Shown here: in pieces, positions 10,250 through 21,439 of the stretch | Position numbering within the stretch: the first letter of the stretch is position 1 | How the letters are laid out: the number at the start of each line of letters is the position of its first letter | Assembly: GCA_963663475.2 (NCBI GenBank) | Contig: CAXXJV010000001.1 | Span: 2,656,001 to 2,720,000, forward strand | Direction of reading: 5' to 3' | Origin: Candidatus Cloacimonadales bacterium | GTDB lineage: Bacteria > Cloacimonadota > Cloacimonadia > Cloacimonadales > JAFGVF01 | DNA: 64,000 nucleotides | The notes under the pieces: generated by a model | Told to the model about the DNA's origin: nothing | What the model saw: only the letters and a program-made list of their open reading frames with translations | Database searches by the model: none | Program-made: the position numbers and the translations under genes

Positions 10250-10988
10250 AATTATTGATTTTATTTAAGGTCTCAAGATTGAAATGAGAATCTGACTTCC
10301 TCAATAAATGAGTAATCGAAACATAGTTATGAGAGATTGCATAATAATCACTCTGTTCATCTTGAACATATTCAGGAATATCTCCACCTACCCGATAAAC
10401 CCTTTTATTGTCAGTTTTCTCAACATAGTGAATAAAGTTTTTATATCTACGCTCACCAATTTTTGTTATCTTAAAACCTTTAATTTCATCAAATTTAATG
10501 TTGGGAATATTAATGTTGAGTAGTTCATTCTTCTTTAAGTGCTCATGTAGCTTCATAGAAATAATTTTTACAACAATTTCAACACCTGTTTCATAAATCT
10601 GATTCTCGTAGGCACACATAGAAAAAGCTAGGGCTGGATAACCTAAGAAACAAGCTTCTGTAGCAGCTGCAACTGTACCTGAATAGAAAATATCTTCACC
10701 CATATTTTGACCTGCATTAATACCTGAAACAACTAAATCAAAATCATCAGCAATTTCATGTATAGCGTAGATAACACAATCGGCTGGAGTTCCACTTACA
10801 CTGTATATTTTATCATCAATTTTCTTAGCAACTAAATCTCTATGAAGAGTTATCGAATGCGAAGCACCACTTTTCTCTGTTTCTGGGGCGACTAAATATG
10901 TATCGAATCCTAACTCAGTTAAAGTGTTATATAATAGTCTTATTCCTCTGGCAGAATAACCATCATCATTAGTTAATAGAATTTTCAA
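10239..10988 (-). CDS. surE: 5'/3'-nucleotidase SurE
   Basis: ILLTNDDG, GTPADCV, SGINAGQN, YSGTV; adjacent to pcm. Confidence 0.95.
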   Translation of the reverse strand: MKILLTNDDGYSARGIRLLYNTLTELGFDTYLVAPETEKSGASHSITLHRDLVAKKIDDKIYSVSGTPADCVIYAIHEIADDFDLVVSGINAGQNMGEDIFYSGTVAAATEACFLGYPALAFSMCAYENQIYETGVEIVVKIISMKLHEHLKKNELLNINIPNIKFDEIKGFKITKIGERRYKNFIHYVEKTDNKRVYRVGGDIPEYVQDEQSDYYAISHNYVSITHLLRKSDSHFNLETLNKINNYEI

Positions 10989-11167
10989 AATAGCTCTCCT
11001 AAATCATTTTTAATAATTATTTTGATTTAACTCTCTGTTGTCAAGAAAAATTACATTAATTTATTATAAATCTCAAATTATTGAATCTGATTTCCTAAAA
11101 TTAAAAAATCCTTGCCCAAAAGATACTATAAGAGTATTTTATCTTTATAAGACTTAAAGGGGATATT

Positions 11168-13207
11168 ATGAAATATAAACTGACTTTCTTGCTTGTTATA
11201 TTTACTGGATTACTTGCTAGCTATGAGTGGATTAATCTTATGAATGAAGAGAGTAATACTAACCACGTTTTTAACTCTCTCGCTAATGGGAATATCTATT
11301 ATTCAACTAACCAGGGCGTAAAGGTATTCTCTGAAGATACTTCTAACCTATATACTTATGCTGGATTAGGAGCTATTGGTATAGCTGAAACCTGGGCTGA
11401 AAGATACCTTGCCTTAGGCTCAGGATCTTACAGTGATGGACTCTATACTATAGATGATTCAGGTAATATTGACTTAGTAGATTGGTACTATAACCCAAAA
11501 TTCCTGGATACAGGTAAACACTCTAATGATATTTATTTTAGTAGTCAGTCTAATTTCTTAATAAATCAGAACAATGAATGGACAAGGCCTGCAGAATTCT
11601 TTTATAAAGAGGTACATGATATTACAGAATCTTCCTGCTACCGATTTGCTACTACTAATGATGGTTTCTATCATAAGCTAGCAAGTCAGACAGGCCTTTT
11701 TGCTAATAGACAGAATTTTGGAAATGTTCAATCAAATGAAATTAATGAGGCTTCTGGTTTAGTAGCTAGTCGCTATAATCCTGGTGTTTTATGGACTCAT
11801 AATGACTCTGGTGGTGGTAACTTCATTTTTGCTATGAATGAGCTTGGTCATCATCTAGGAATCTACACCCTATCAGGAGCAACAAATAGAGACTGGGAAG
11901 ATATGGCAATTGGTAAGAATCCTAATTCTGGTCAGGCCGAAATCTACTTAGCAGATATTGGAGACAATCAACTGTCTAATGATATCAAATACATCTATAT
12001 TGCCAGTGAACCTCAAGTTTCCCCTACTCAAAATCCCCAAGCAATTACCCTAGATTCAATTAATACTATCCCTTTTATTTATCCTAATGGACAAAACTAT
12101 GATGCTGAAACTCTCCTGTACGACCAAAGGAGCCAAACATTCTATATAATAACTAAAAGACATCCTAATGATCCAGAAACTTATGACCAAATTTTTTCAG
12201 TAACTTATACTATCTCAGAAACTCCTCAAGTAGCTAGCTATGTTGGACAAGTATCTTTCCCAGTAGATGAACTCGTTTATCAAGGTGCTACAGGAGGTGA
12301 TATTTCACCTGATGGTAATTTTATCCTTATTAAAAACTACCAGAACATTTACATGTGGGAAAGAAGAAACATGTCTATTGGCCAAGCATTAAGTCAGCCA
12401 TTTATCCAAGTTCCCTACATCATGGAACCTCAAGGAGAAGCTATAGCTTGGCGATATGATAACAATGGTTATTTCACAGTTAGTGAAGAATATAGTAACA
12501 TTCCGGCAGTGGTTTATTTCTATTCTAAGTTAGGTTGGAGAAAAGCCTCACCTCTCCCCTTCAAAAAAAGCGAGTATAACAACAGCGATGGTAATCTTTA
12601 TGCAATTATAAATGATAATGACCTCTATAATGGTTTTTGGAAAAGTAGTGATGATGGCCTTAACTGGCAACGAATAAATAATTATCCTAGTTATAGTGAT
12701 ATTGCAGTTGATGCCTTAGGACTTGTTTTTCTTTCTCACATGCCAAGTCTTATTCCTGAAGATTGGCAGAGGGTAAGTGGATATTATCAAGGTGAATTTT
12801 TAGATTTGTCTAGCGGACTTGAAAATAAGTTTGTTAATCGCCTAGTAAATAATACAATCTTGGATAGTCCAAGTGTCTTAGCCTGTACTAATGCAGGAGT
12901 CTATTACCTACAAAACTACCAGTCTCTATCTAACCAAGCTAATAATGTTGTCCCCTTACCTGAAATCCAATCATACCCCAATCCCTTTAACGATAAAGTA
13001 ACATTATCTCTCTCTAAAAGCGGGCTTATCTCTGGGAAAGTCTATAATTTAAAAGGTCAGCTAGTTGCCGATTTGACTAAAGATATAAAGAAAGGGAGTG
13101 AACAAGTGATTTGGCAACCAGATAATTCAATCCCTAATGGTATATATATTATTAAATTTAGTAGTTCCCAAGCAAATTTTACTGGGAAAATTCTAAAACT
13201 AAAATAA
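11168..13207 (+). CDS. Secreted beta-propeller protein with C-terminal FlgD-Ig/T9SS-like sorting domain
   Basis: Signal peptide; EASGL..S..NPGVLWTHNDSG / DWEDM / DIGDN propeller motifs; C-terminal YPNPFN...YNLKGQLV...GIYII. Confidence 0.75.
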   Translation: MKYKLTFLLVIFTGLLASYEWINLMNEESNTNHVFNSLANGNIYYSTNQGVKVFSEDTSNLYTYAGLGAIGIAETWAERYLALGSGSYSDGLYTIDDSGNIDLVDWYYNPKFLDTGKHSNDIYFSSQSNFLINQNNEWTRPAEFFYKEVHDITESSCYRFATTNDGFYHKLASQTGLFANRQNFGNVQSNEINEASGLVASRYNPGVLWTHNDSGGGNFIFAMNELGHHLGIYTLSGATNRDWEDMAIGKNPNSGQAEIYLADIGDNQLSNDIKYIYIASEPQVSPTQNPQAITLDSINTIPFIYPNGQNYDAETLLYDQRSQTFYIITKRHPNDPETYDQIFSVTYTISETPQVASYVGQVSFPVDELVYQGATGGDISPDGNFILIKNYQNIYMWERRNMSIGQALSQPFIQVPYIMEPQGEAIAWRYDNNGYFTVSEEYSNIPAVVYFYSKLGWRKASPLPFKKSEYNNSDGNLYAIINDNDLYNGFWKSSDDGLNWQRINNYPSYSDIAVDALGLVFLSHMPSLIPEDWQRVSGYYQGEFLDLSSGLENKFVNRLVNNTILDSPSVLACTNAGVYYLQNYQSLSNQANNVVPLPEIQSYPNPFNDKVTLSLSKSGLISGKVYNLKGQLVADLTKDIKKGSEQVIWQPDNSIPNGIYIIKFSSSQANFTGKILKLK

Positions 13208-14875
13208 CTATTTAGCTATTTCAATTCTGACATTACTCCTACCATATTTAACACCTTTCTTGAATTTTTTCAACAATTCCTTTTCATAAATACTCTCAAC
13301 TTCAAAGAAAGAAAAACCATCTTTGATATCAATCTTACCTATGTTAAGTCTTGGAGCAACCTTTAAATCATTTAAGATACCAATCAGTTTAGGTGGAGTA
13401 AGCTCTTGCCCTCTACCAATATTCATAAAGAATCTAGTAAAACCAGCTTCAGCTCTTCTTGACCTTCCTTTTCCACCACGTTCTCGAGATCTTGAACTCC
13501 TACCAGCAGAGCCATCTGCTAAATGAGCATCAAAATCATTATGGTCACGACGATAATTAATATCACCTGCATCTTTATAATAATCTAAGAACTTGTTAAA
13601 TTCTACTGCCACGAAATGTTTGATTAAATCTTCTCTTTCCAGCCATGAAAGTTTCTTAAAAATTACATCCATAAATGGATCAATCTCAGCATCATTAACT
13701 TCAACTTTTTCCACTACATCAATTAAGTTGAAAAGCTGTCTTTGGCATATCTCTCTTCCTGAAGGAAGCTCTTTAAATTCAAGAGATTTACCTAACCTAC
13801 GCTCAATAAACTTTAATTTTCTACCATCTTTACTATGGGCAATAGTGATACAAATACCAGTCTTACCAGCTCTACCTGTTCTACCTGATCTGTGAATATA
13901 AACATCTTCATCATCAGGTAAACCAAAGTTTATTACATGAGTTAAATCATCAATATCAATTCCACGAGCAGCTACATCAGTTGCTACTAGCATTTGGATA
14001 TGTTTATTTCTAAATTTACCCATAACACTTTCCCTAACTGCTTGAGAAAGATCTCCATGCAATGAATCAGCATTATAACCATCAAATTGAAGTTTCTCAG
14101 CTATCTCTTGAGTCTCTCTTTTAGTTCTACAAAAGACTATCCCATAGATGTTAGGATTCATATCTGCTACTCTTTTTAAAGCTAAATACTTGTCCCTAGC
14201 TCTTACAGTATAAACATGATGGGAGACAGTCTCTGCACCTGTGTTTTTAGACCCTACAGAAATTTCATGAGGTTCATGCATGTAATTTTTAGATATCTGC
14301 TGAATCTCTCTAGGCATTGTTGCTGAGAAAAGTAAAGTCTGTTTATCATTTGGAGTATTAGCTAATATTGCATCTAGTTCTTCTTTGAAACCCATGTTTA
14401 ACATTTCATCAGCTTCATCTAAAACTAACCATTTTACATTAGAAACATCTAAGTTTCCTCGCTTAACAAAATCGTTTACACGACCTGGTGTACCCACCAC
14501 TATGTTTGCTCCTCTTCTCAAATCTCTTAACTGATTTGAAATACTCGCACCACCATAAACAGCTACAATATTCACTCCTCGCATTTGAGAAGCAAAAGAC
14601 ATTAAGTCTCTTGTAATCTGTAAACATAGCTCTCTAGTTGGACATAAAATAAAAGCCTGAACTGCCTTTGAACTTGTATCTAACATATTTAACAAAGGTA
14701 GCCCGAAAGCAGCTGTCTTTCCTGTTCCTGTCTGAGCTAACGCAATTAAATCCTGGCTATTCTCTAAAATATAAGGAATAGTTGCCTCCTGAATTGGAGT
14801 AGGATTGACAAAATTAATTGTCTCCAAGGCTGACTGAAGCTCTATGTTCAGTGCCATTTCTTTAAAGTAGATCAT
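13208..14875 (-). CDS. DEAD-box RNA helicase with DbpA-type C-terminal domain
   Basis: AQTGTGKT, PTREL, DEAD, SAT, HRSGRTGRAG. Confidence 0.95.
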   Translation of the reverse strand: MIYFKEMALNIELQSALETINFVNPTPIQEATIPYILENSQDLIALAQTGTGKTAAFGLPLLNMLDTSSKAVQAFILCPTRELCLQITRDLMSFASQMRGVNIVAVYGGASISNQLRDLRRGANIVVGTPGRVNDFVKRGNLDVSNVKWLVLDEADEMLNMGFKEELDAILANTPNDKQTLLFSATMPREIQQISKNYMHEPHEISVGSKNTGAETVSHHVYTVRARDKYLALKRVADMNPNIYGIVFCRTKRETQEIAEKLQFDGYNADSLHGDLSQAVRESVMGKFRNKHIQMLVATDVAARGIDIDDLTHVINFGLPDDEDVYIHRSGRTGRAGKTGICITIAHSKDGRKLKFIERRLGKSLEFKELPSGREICQRQLFNLIDVVEKVEVNDAEIDPFMDVIFKKLSWLEREDLIKHFVAVEFNKFLDYYKDAGDINYRRDHNDFDAHLADGSAGRSSRSRERGGKGRSRRAEAGFTRFFMNIGRGQELTPPKLIGILNDLKVAPRLNIGKIDIKDGFSFFEVESIYEKELLKKFKKGVKYGRSNVRIEIAK

Positions 14876-15243
14876 AGTCTCCCTTTAATTTGTTTGAATT
14901 TTTGTACTCGGCTATAATAATCACATACGTAATTGTATTTTTTACTCAATTGTACAAATCAATTCCAAAATTCTCAACTAGTTAAGCTTGTCAAGAATCA
15001 TTAATTATTTTTTCTGCTTTGGGTCGTAGGATTCTTACAAGCGGTTACACTGCTGTCAGTCCATAAACTTTTTGCTCCCACATCTTCTGAGACCAGGGGT
15101 GGTCTCAGTCCATAAACTTTTTGCATCCACTCCATAATACCCGACTTCCCAGTTAGAGTCATTGAACATTAGCAAAAAATAGTTCTTGTCAGAAAAACTA
15201 ACTATTAAAATATGTAAATTCAGATTATCAAAAAGAGGGAAAA

Positions 15244-16584
15244 GTGGAAAAAGAACATAAATTATCAGATACAAATATACCCAGACTTTTATTAAAATTA
15301 ACTATTCCAGCGACTTTAGGAATGTTAGTCATGGCTTTCTACAACATAGTAGATACAATGTTTATCGGACATGGAGTAGGGCCAAATGGCATAGCAGGTT
15401 TAGCTATTGTCTTTCCAATCCAGCTCATTGTTATGGGCTTTGGTCAAATGTTTGGTATGGGGGGAGCGTCTATTATTTCCCGAGCTTTAGGGGCTAAAGA
15501 TTTTGATAAAGCTAATTTAACTTTTGGTAATCAAATCTTCTCAGTAATCTTGTTCACTTGTTTAGTAATGCTTCCTGGACTCTTTTTCCCTAGGCAAATC
15601 TTAACTCTTTTTGGTGCTACTCAAGCTATACTTCCTTATGCTCTGGAATATTATAGGATAATTGTTTTTGGTTCAGGACTCTTCATGTTTGCCATGATGA
15701 GCAATAATGTCTTAAGAGCAGAGGGTCATGCCAAAATAGCTATGTCTAATATGATTATCTCTGCTGGGTTAAATATCATACTTGACCCAATATTTATTTT
15801 TGTTTTTGATATGGGAATTAGAGGAGCAGCCCTTGCAACAGTCATCTCTCAAGCTTTAGTTGTCTTTTATCTCATCTATCATTTTACTAAAGGACAGAGT
15901 TTTTTCAAGATTAAACTTAAATCTATCAGACCAAAATTAGCAATCCAAAAAGAAATGTTTGCCATTGGTTTATCAGCTTTTTCAAGACAGGTTGCAGGTT
16001 CATTTATAGTTGTCATAATTAATAACAAGTTGGGTTCATTTAGTCTTGGAGACACTTATATAGCTGTTTATGGTATTATCAACAGACTTTTCTCACTATT
16101 CTTCATGCCAATGTTTGGAATTGCTCAAGGTCTTCAACCAGTCCTAGGTTATAACTGGGGGGCTAAGAGAATTGATTTGGCTAAGAAAGCTATCAGATTA
16201 GCTTTCACATGGGCTACCATAATATCGGTCTCTGCTTTTATTATTATACAGTTATTTCCATCTTCCTTAATGAGCTGGTTTACTACTGATAGTCAGGTAA
16301 TTAAAGAAGGTGCTTATGCTATTAGAAGAATGACCCTTCTCTTCCCTATCTTAGGTTTTCAAATTATTGGTACTATAATATTCCAAGCTCTTGGTCATGC
16401 TACAGAATCACTGATTTTATCATTAGCTAGACAGATACTCTTTTTTATACCCATCTTCTATATTATGACATCATTCTATGGATTCTTTGGCGTATTAATA
16501 ACTTTCCCTATGTCTGACATCTTGGCTTTTGCAGTTACAGCATTCCTCTTAGTTAGGGAATTCAGAAAGTGGAAGCTAGCATAG
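15244..16584 (+). CDS. MATE family efflux transporter (MepA-like)
   Basis: YNIVDTMFIG, NIILDPIFIF..MGIRGAALAT, QPVLGYNWG. Confidence 0.93.
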   Translation: MEKEHKLSDTNIPRLLLKLTIPATLGMLVMAFYNIVDTMFIGHGVGPNGIAGLAIVFPIQLIVMGFGQMFGMGGASIISRALGAKDFDKANLTFGNQIFSVILFTCLVMLPGLFFPRQILTLFGATQAILPYALEYYRIIVFGSGLFMFAMMSNNVLRAEGHAKIAMSNMIISAGLNIILDPIFIFVFDMGIRGAALATVISQALVVFYLIYHFTKGQSFFKIKLKSIRPKLAIQKEMFAIGLSAFSRQVAGSFIVVIINNKLGSFSLGDTYIAVYGIINRLFSLFFMPMFGIAQGLQPVLGYNWGAKRIDLAKKAIRLAFTWATIISVSAFIIIQLFPSSLMSWFTTDSQVIKEGAYAIRRMTLLFPILGFQIIGTIIFQALGHATESLILSLARQILFFIPIFYIMTSFYGFFGVLITFPMSDILAFAVTAFLLVREFRKWKLA

Positions 16585-16715
16585 TAAATGAATTGTATTT
16601 CTCTTGAGTAGAATGGGGTTTAGAAAGAAAAAGGGATTTATACTCTCCCCGGTCTATTCGACCACCCCTCTCAAACGCTCTTACGAGCTGAAAGGGGATT
16701 TATACTCTCCCCGGT

Positions 16716-19547
16716 CTACTTTTCAAGATATGGCTTTAAGTACTTGCCAGTATATGATTCTGCAACTTCAGCTACTTCCTCAGGACTACCTTTAGCAATA
16801 ATAGTGCCACCATTCTCTCCACCTTCTGGACCAACATCAATCAGATAGTCTGCAGTTTTAATCACATCCATATTATGTTCGATAATAACCACTGAGTTAC
16901 CCATTGCTACAAGTTTCTTTAATACTCTTAATAGCTTTTGCACATCATCAAAATGTAAGCCTGTTGTTGGTTCATCAAGCAGATAAAGAGTCTTACCAGT
17001 TGATCTTTTACTCAACTCTTTAGCAAGTTTAATTCTTTGGGCTTCTCCACCAGAAAGAGTAGTTGAAGGTTGTCCCAATTTTACGTAATCCATACCAACA
17101 TCTACAAGAGTTTTGAGTTTGTTAGCAATAGCTGGCACTTTCTCGAAGAAGGTGTAGGCCTCTTGCACATCCATATCAAGTACTTCTGAGATATTTTTCC
17201 CTTTATATTTTATCTGAAGTGTTTCACTATTGAATCTCTTCCCCTTACAGACTTCACAAGTAACATAGATATCAGCCATAAAATGCATCTCAATAAGATT
17301 AACGCCTGCACCTCCGCAATTTTCACATCTACCGCCTTTAACATTGAAAGAAAACCTACCTTGTTTATAACCTCTAAGTTTGGAAGCAGGTAATTCTGAA
17401 AAAAGTTTTCTTATAGCATCAAAAGCTTTTATATATGTTATGGGGTTAGATCTTGGAGTTCTTCCTATGGGTTGTTGATCAATAGTAATTATTTTATCTA
17501 TTTGATCTAAACCGCTTATAGAATCTACTTTTCCCCAGGAAGATTTGGCTTTGAAGAAATGATTATGAAGGTAAGGAGAGAGAGTTTGATTTATTAAGGA
17601 AGACTTTCCTGAGCCAGAGACTCCTGTTACACAGACAAGCATTCCTAAAGGGATATCAACATCAACATCTTTTAAATTGTTATGTTTAGCCCCTCTAATC
17701 TGAATAACATTATCATTAACCTTTAGTCTTTTTTGAGGAACTTGAATTTTGAGTTCTCCTCTTAAGTACTGGGCTGTAAGAGAGTTTTTAGCTTTTAAGA
17801 TTTGCTTAAGACTACCCTGAGCAACAACCTGTCCTCCATAAACCCCGGCATTGGGACCAAAATCTATGATTTCATCAGCATTTCTAATAGTATCTTCATC
17901 GTGTTCAACTACAATAACAGTATTTCCCAAATCTCTTAAATGCTTTAACATTTCGATAAGTCTATCATTATCTCTTTGGTGGAGACCGATACTAGGCTCA
18001 TCTAGAATATACATAACTCCTACCAATTGAGAACCTATTTGGGAAGCTAATCTAATTCTTTGAGATTCTCCTCCTGAAAGGGTTGGAGCTCTTCTATCAA
18101 GAGTTAAATAATGGAGTCCTACACTCATAAGAAAACTTAATCTATTAATAATTTCTTTTAATACTTCTTGGGCAATAATCTTATCATTACCTGATAATTC
18201 CATTTCAGAGAAGAATTTATAAGCATCTTCCACACTCATACTAGTTATTTCAACTATATTTAATTTATTTACAAGTACGGCTAAAGAAGCTGCTTTTAAC
18301 TTATGACCCTTACAGGTTGGGCAGGCTTTATTGGAAATATATTGTGAATAATATCTTTTGGCAGCTTCAGAAGTTGTTTCTCTCATCCTCCGATCTAGTA
18401 CTTTTAATACTCCTTCAAAAGAAGTTTCATATTCGCCTGAAGAAGATTTTGTTTTCCATTGGACAGTAAATTTCTTGCCTTTAGAACCATAAAGAACTAG
18501 GTCTTGTATCTTCTTAGGTAAATCTTTCCAAGGAGTTTTCAGGTCAAAGTCAAAAGCTTGGGCTAGTTGTAAGATAGTATTCTTAGTATGTGATTTGCTT
18601 TTGGAAAGGTCACCATAAGGGACTATTGCTCCTTTATAGATTGAAAGATTTGGATCAGGAACTATTAAATCAGGGTCCATTTCTAAGGTATAACCTAAGC
18701 CCTTACAAGTAGGGCAGGCACCAATTGGACTGTTAAAAGAGAAACTTTGGGGTGAAAGTTCTTCAAAACCTATACCACAACGAGCACAAGCATTTGATTC
18801 AGAGAGAATCTCTTCTCTTTGCTCAGAAACATAATCAATCTTGACTTTTCCTTCAGAAAGCTTTAGAGCAGTTTCAACAGAATCTGTAATCCTACTTCTT
18901 GCTTCTTCTTTAAGCATAATTCTATCTACTACTACATCAATAGTATGTTTACTCTTCTTATCAAGCTTGATTTCTTCTTCTAGTTCCCTGACTTGTCCAT
19001 TGATTTTAACACGGGTAAATCCTTCTGATTTTATCATTTCAAGTTCAGAAACATGGCTACCTTTTCTATTATGAACTAGGGGGGCAAGAATCTGAATTTT
19101 AGTCTTTTCTGGATTTTCCATAATATGATCAACTATTTGATCTATTGTTAAAGAAGTAACTAAATCACCACATTGATGACAGTGTTGTTTACCTATCCTA
19201 GCATAGAGAACTCTTAAATAATCATAAATTTCTGTGACAGTACCAACAGTTGAACGAGGATTCTTACTGGCTGATTTCTGTTCAATTGATATAGCAGGAC
19301 TTAATCCTTCGATGTAGTCGAGTTTAGGTTTTTCCATCTGACCTAAGAATTGACGGGCGTAAGAAGACAATGATTCAACATATCTACGTTGTCCTTCTGC
19401 ATATAAAGTATCAAAAGCTAAAGAAGATTTTCCAGAACCAGATACACCAGTAACAACAACTAATTGATTTCTTTTAAACTCTAAATCTATACATTTTAAG
19501 TTATGCTCACAAGCACCTTTGATTATTATTTTATCTTTCATTTTCAC
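16716..19547 (-). CDS. uvrA: Excinuclease ABC subunit A
   Basis: Two GVSGSGKSS Walker A motifs, LSGGE signatures, zinc fingers. Confidence 0.98.
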   Translation of the reverse strand: MKMKDKIIIKGACEHNLKCIDLEFKRNQLVVVTGVSGSGKSSLAFDTLYAEGQRRYVESLSSYARQFLGQMEKPKLDYIEGLSPAISIEQKSASKNPRSTVGTVTEIYDYLRVLYARIGKQHCHQCGDLVTSLTIDQIVDHIMENPEKTKIQILAPLVHNRKGSHVSELEMIKSEGFTRVKINGQVRELEEEIKLDKKSKHTIDVVVDRIMLKEEARSRITDSVETALKLSEGKVKIDYVSEQREEILSESNACARCGIGFEELSPQSFSFNSPIGACPTCKGLGYTLEMDPDLIVPDPNLSIYKGAIVPYGDLSKSKSHTKNTILQLAQAFDFDLKTPWKDLPKKIQDLVLYGSKGKKFTVQWKTKSSSGEYETSFEGVLKVLDRRMRETTSEAAKRYYSQYISNKACPTCKGHKLKAASLAVLVNKLNIVEITSMSVEDAYKFFSEMELSGNDKIIAQEVLKEIINRLSFLMSVGLHYLTLDRRAPTLSGGESQRIRLASQIGSQLVGVMYILDEPSIGLHQRDNDRLIEMLKHLRDLGNTVIVVEHDEDTIRNADEIIDFGPNAGVYGGQVVAQGSLKQILKAKNSLTAQYLRGELKIQVPQKRLKVNDNVIQIRGAKHNNLKDVDVDIPLGMLVCVTGVSGSGKSSLINQTLSPYLHNHFFKAKSSWGKVDSISGLDQIDKIITIDQQPIGRTPRSNPITYIKAFDAIRKLFSELPASKLRGYKQGRFSFNVKGGRCENCGGAGVNLIEMHFMADIYVTCEVCKGKRFNSETLQIKYKGKNISEVLDMDVQEAYTFFEKVPAIANKLKTLVDVGMDYVKLGQPSTTLSGGEAQRIKLAKELSKRSTGKTLYLLDEPTTGLHFDDVQKLLRVLKKLVAMGNSVVIIEHNMDVIKTADYLIDVGPEGGENGGTIIAKGSPEEVAEVAESYTGKYLKPYLEK

Positions 19548-19642
19548 CTCAATTTGGTCAATCTTGATGATTGCATTAATTAAGTCAAGCTTATTTTTTA
19601 TATTTTTATATAATTAATAATTAATTAAATCTTTTTTATTTA

Positions 19643-21439
19643 CTAAAATCTAATACCAATTGCAGTATTTACAGTATAAACAAATTCTTGGTTTTCTACT
19701 TCATACCTAGGTTTGAAAGAAATTGTTAGGTTAGTGTCATCTGACTGATTATAAGAAAAAGCTGATTCAATCTCATAGATCTGAGTATTACCCCAGCTAG
19801 CTTTAGGTTTGAGACTATAAGTTAAGTAGCCATAAGACTTTTCAGCCTTAAGATAAAGATCATGTTTTTCACTTTCTCCAGTCCTTTCATATAAATCACT
19901 CTTCTTGTCACCAGTTTCATTAGCAAAATACTTATAGCTAAAAATAATATTAAGATAATCTCTAGTTTTCACTAGATTATTACCCCTTTTCCAAATAGCC
20001 TGGTTAAGTCTTAACCTCACAGGAGAATTATCATATCTTAGCTTGAATTCCGCAGAAACTTGCCTATAGAATCTATCATAAATTGTTAGACTTGCATCAC
20101 TGTTAGTAATACTATCATAAATATAGTCATCATAGTTAATTCTAATTGAATAAAGTTGAGAAATGAGAAAATTATCTCCAAGCAGAATATCAATATCAGG
20201 TTGAAAAGAATAACTTGTTTTAATGTTGTTACTAGCAGAATAAGAAGAATTAATATAAATATCTTGAATTTTACTGTATGAAAATTGGTTATTTAAGTTT
20301 ACCACATCTGCAAAAAGTTTTCTAGCCTTCAACCAAGTAATTTCTGAGACATAATCATTATCAAAGCCCTTTTCTGCTTTGGGAAAATTTGTTGATGTCT
20401 TTTCTAAAGAATGAGTTACTGATAGTGAATCAAAGACTACATTAGCAAGGATAAAACCCATTTTAAGCTTTTTAGTATCACTTTCTCGATTGTTAGATTC
20501 TAAGGAAAGGTATCTTTTAGATAGGTTGTAATTATTCTCTAATAACAAAGAAAAATTATCAAAAACTTGATAAGTCATATTAAGAGTCATATCTATATTG
20601 TTATCTTGATTAGTTCTATTATTAGCTACATCTAACCTATTGTTATTTTTACTATAAACACTTTCAAAAAAACCTTGAAATCTATCACCAAAATTATTAG
20701 ACACCTGGGTAACTAACCTGAAATTATCTCTCTTCTGGGTATCAGTCTGTTGATAAGTATCAGCTTCTAACTTGAAAATATCATCTTGCGAAGCTTGATA
20801 ATATACTTGGTTATACATATAAATTAGCTGATTATCAAGGTTATGGCTTAGAACAAAATTAAATTGATTATTATAGTTCCGAGTCCTATTATCATGATTA
20901 TAAGTCAAATCTAAATGAAAGTTATTTTTCAGTGCTTCAAAACCGTAATTACTAGTTACCTTAGCTAAATATCCCTTGTTAGCGAGATTATCATTGATAA
21001 TATTAGGATTATCCTCTTGACTTATAGCATACTTAATATTAGCGGAAGTCGTTAAGCTATCAGTAAGAGGTATATCAATGAAATAGCCACTAATGTATTG
21101 ATCTTCTGTCACATCTCCCGCAATTTGATATTGGGGATAATGATCATATTTCCTCTTATATGTTAAAATCAAACCATGATTAAGCTTACCAGAAGATCTA
21201 GCTATACTAGTATTAAATTGGTTAATTGAATTAATCTGGTCAAAAATCTTATTGTTTGATTTCTGCAGACTATTCTCAAACTTAACATTATACCTTGATA
21301 TGTTTTTGGCATACTTAAACTGATAATTTAACTGGTGATTATCATTATACTCTTGATAATCAGAAGTAAAGCTAATCTCAGAGCTTAAAGTTAAGAACAT
21401 CATTAAGATAAGAATAGAGATTAAGATACTCTTCTTCAC
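19643..21439 (-). CDS. Putative outer-membrane beta-barrel protein
   Basis: Signal peptide, alternating-polarity strands, C-terminal Phe. Confidence 0.55.
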   Translation of the reverse strand: MKKSILISILILMMFLTLSSEISFTSDYQEYNDNHQLNYQFKYAKNISRYNVKFENSLQKSNNKIFDQINSINQFNTSIARSSGKLNHGLILTYKRKYDHYPQYQIAGDVTEDQYISGYFIDIPLTDSLTTSANIKYAISQEDNPNIINDNLANKGYLAKVTSNYGFEALKNNFHLDLTYNHDNRTRNYNNQFNFVLSHNLDNQLIYMYNQVYYQASQDDIFKLEADTYQQTDTQKRDNFRLVTQVSNNFGDRFQGFFESVYSKNNNRLDVANNRTNQDNNIDMTLNMTYQVFDNFSLLLENNYNLSKRYLSLESNNRESDTKKLKMGFILANVVFDSLSVTHSLEKTSTNFPKAEKGFDNDYVSEITWLKARKLFADVVNLNNQFSYSKIQDIYINSSYSASNNIKTSYSFQPDIDILLGDNFLISQLYSIRINYDDYIYDSITNSDASLTIYDRFYRQVSAEFKLRYDNSPVRLRLNQAIWKRGNNLVKTRDYLNIIFSYKYFANETGDKKSDLYERTGESEKHDLYLKAEKSYGYLTYSLKPKASWGNTQIYEIESAFSYNQSDDTNLTISFKPRYEVENQEFVYTVNTAIGIRF

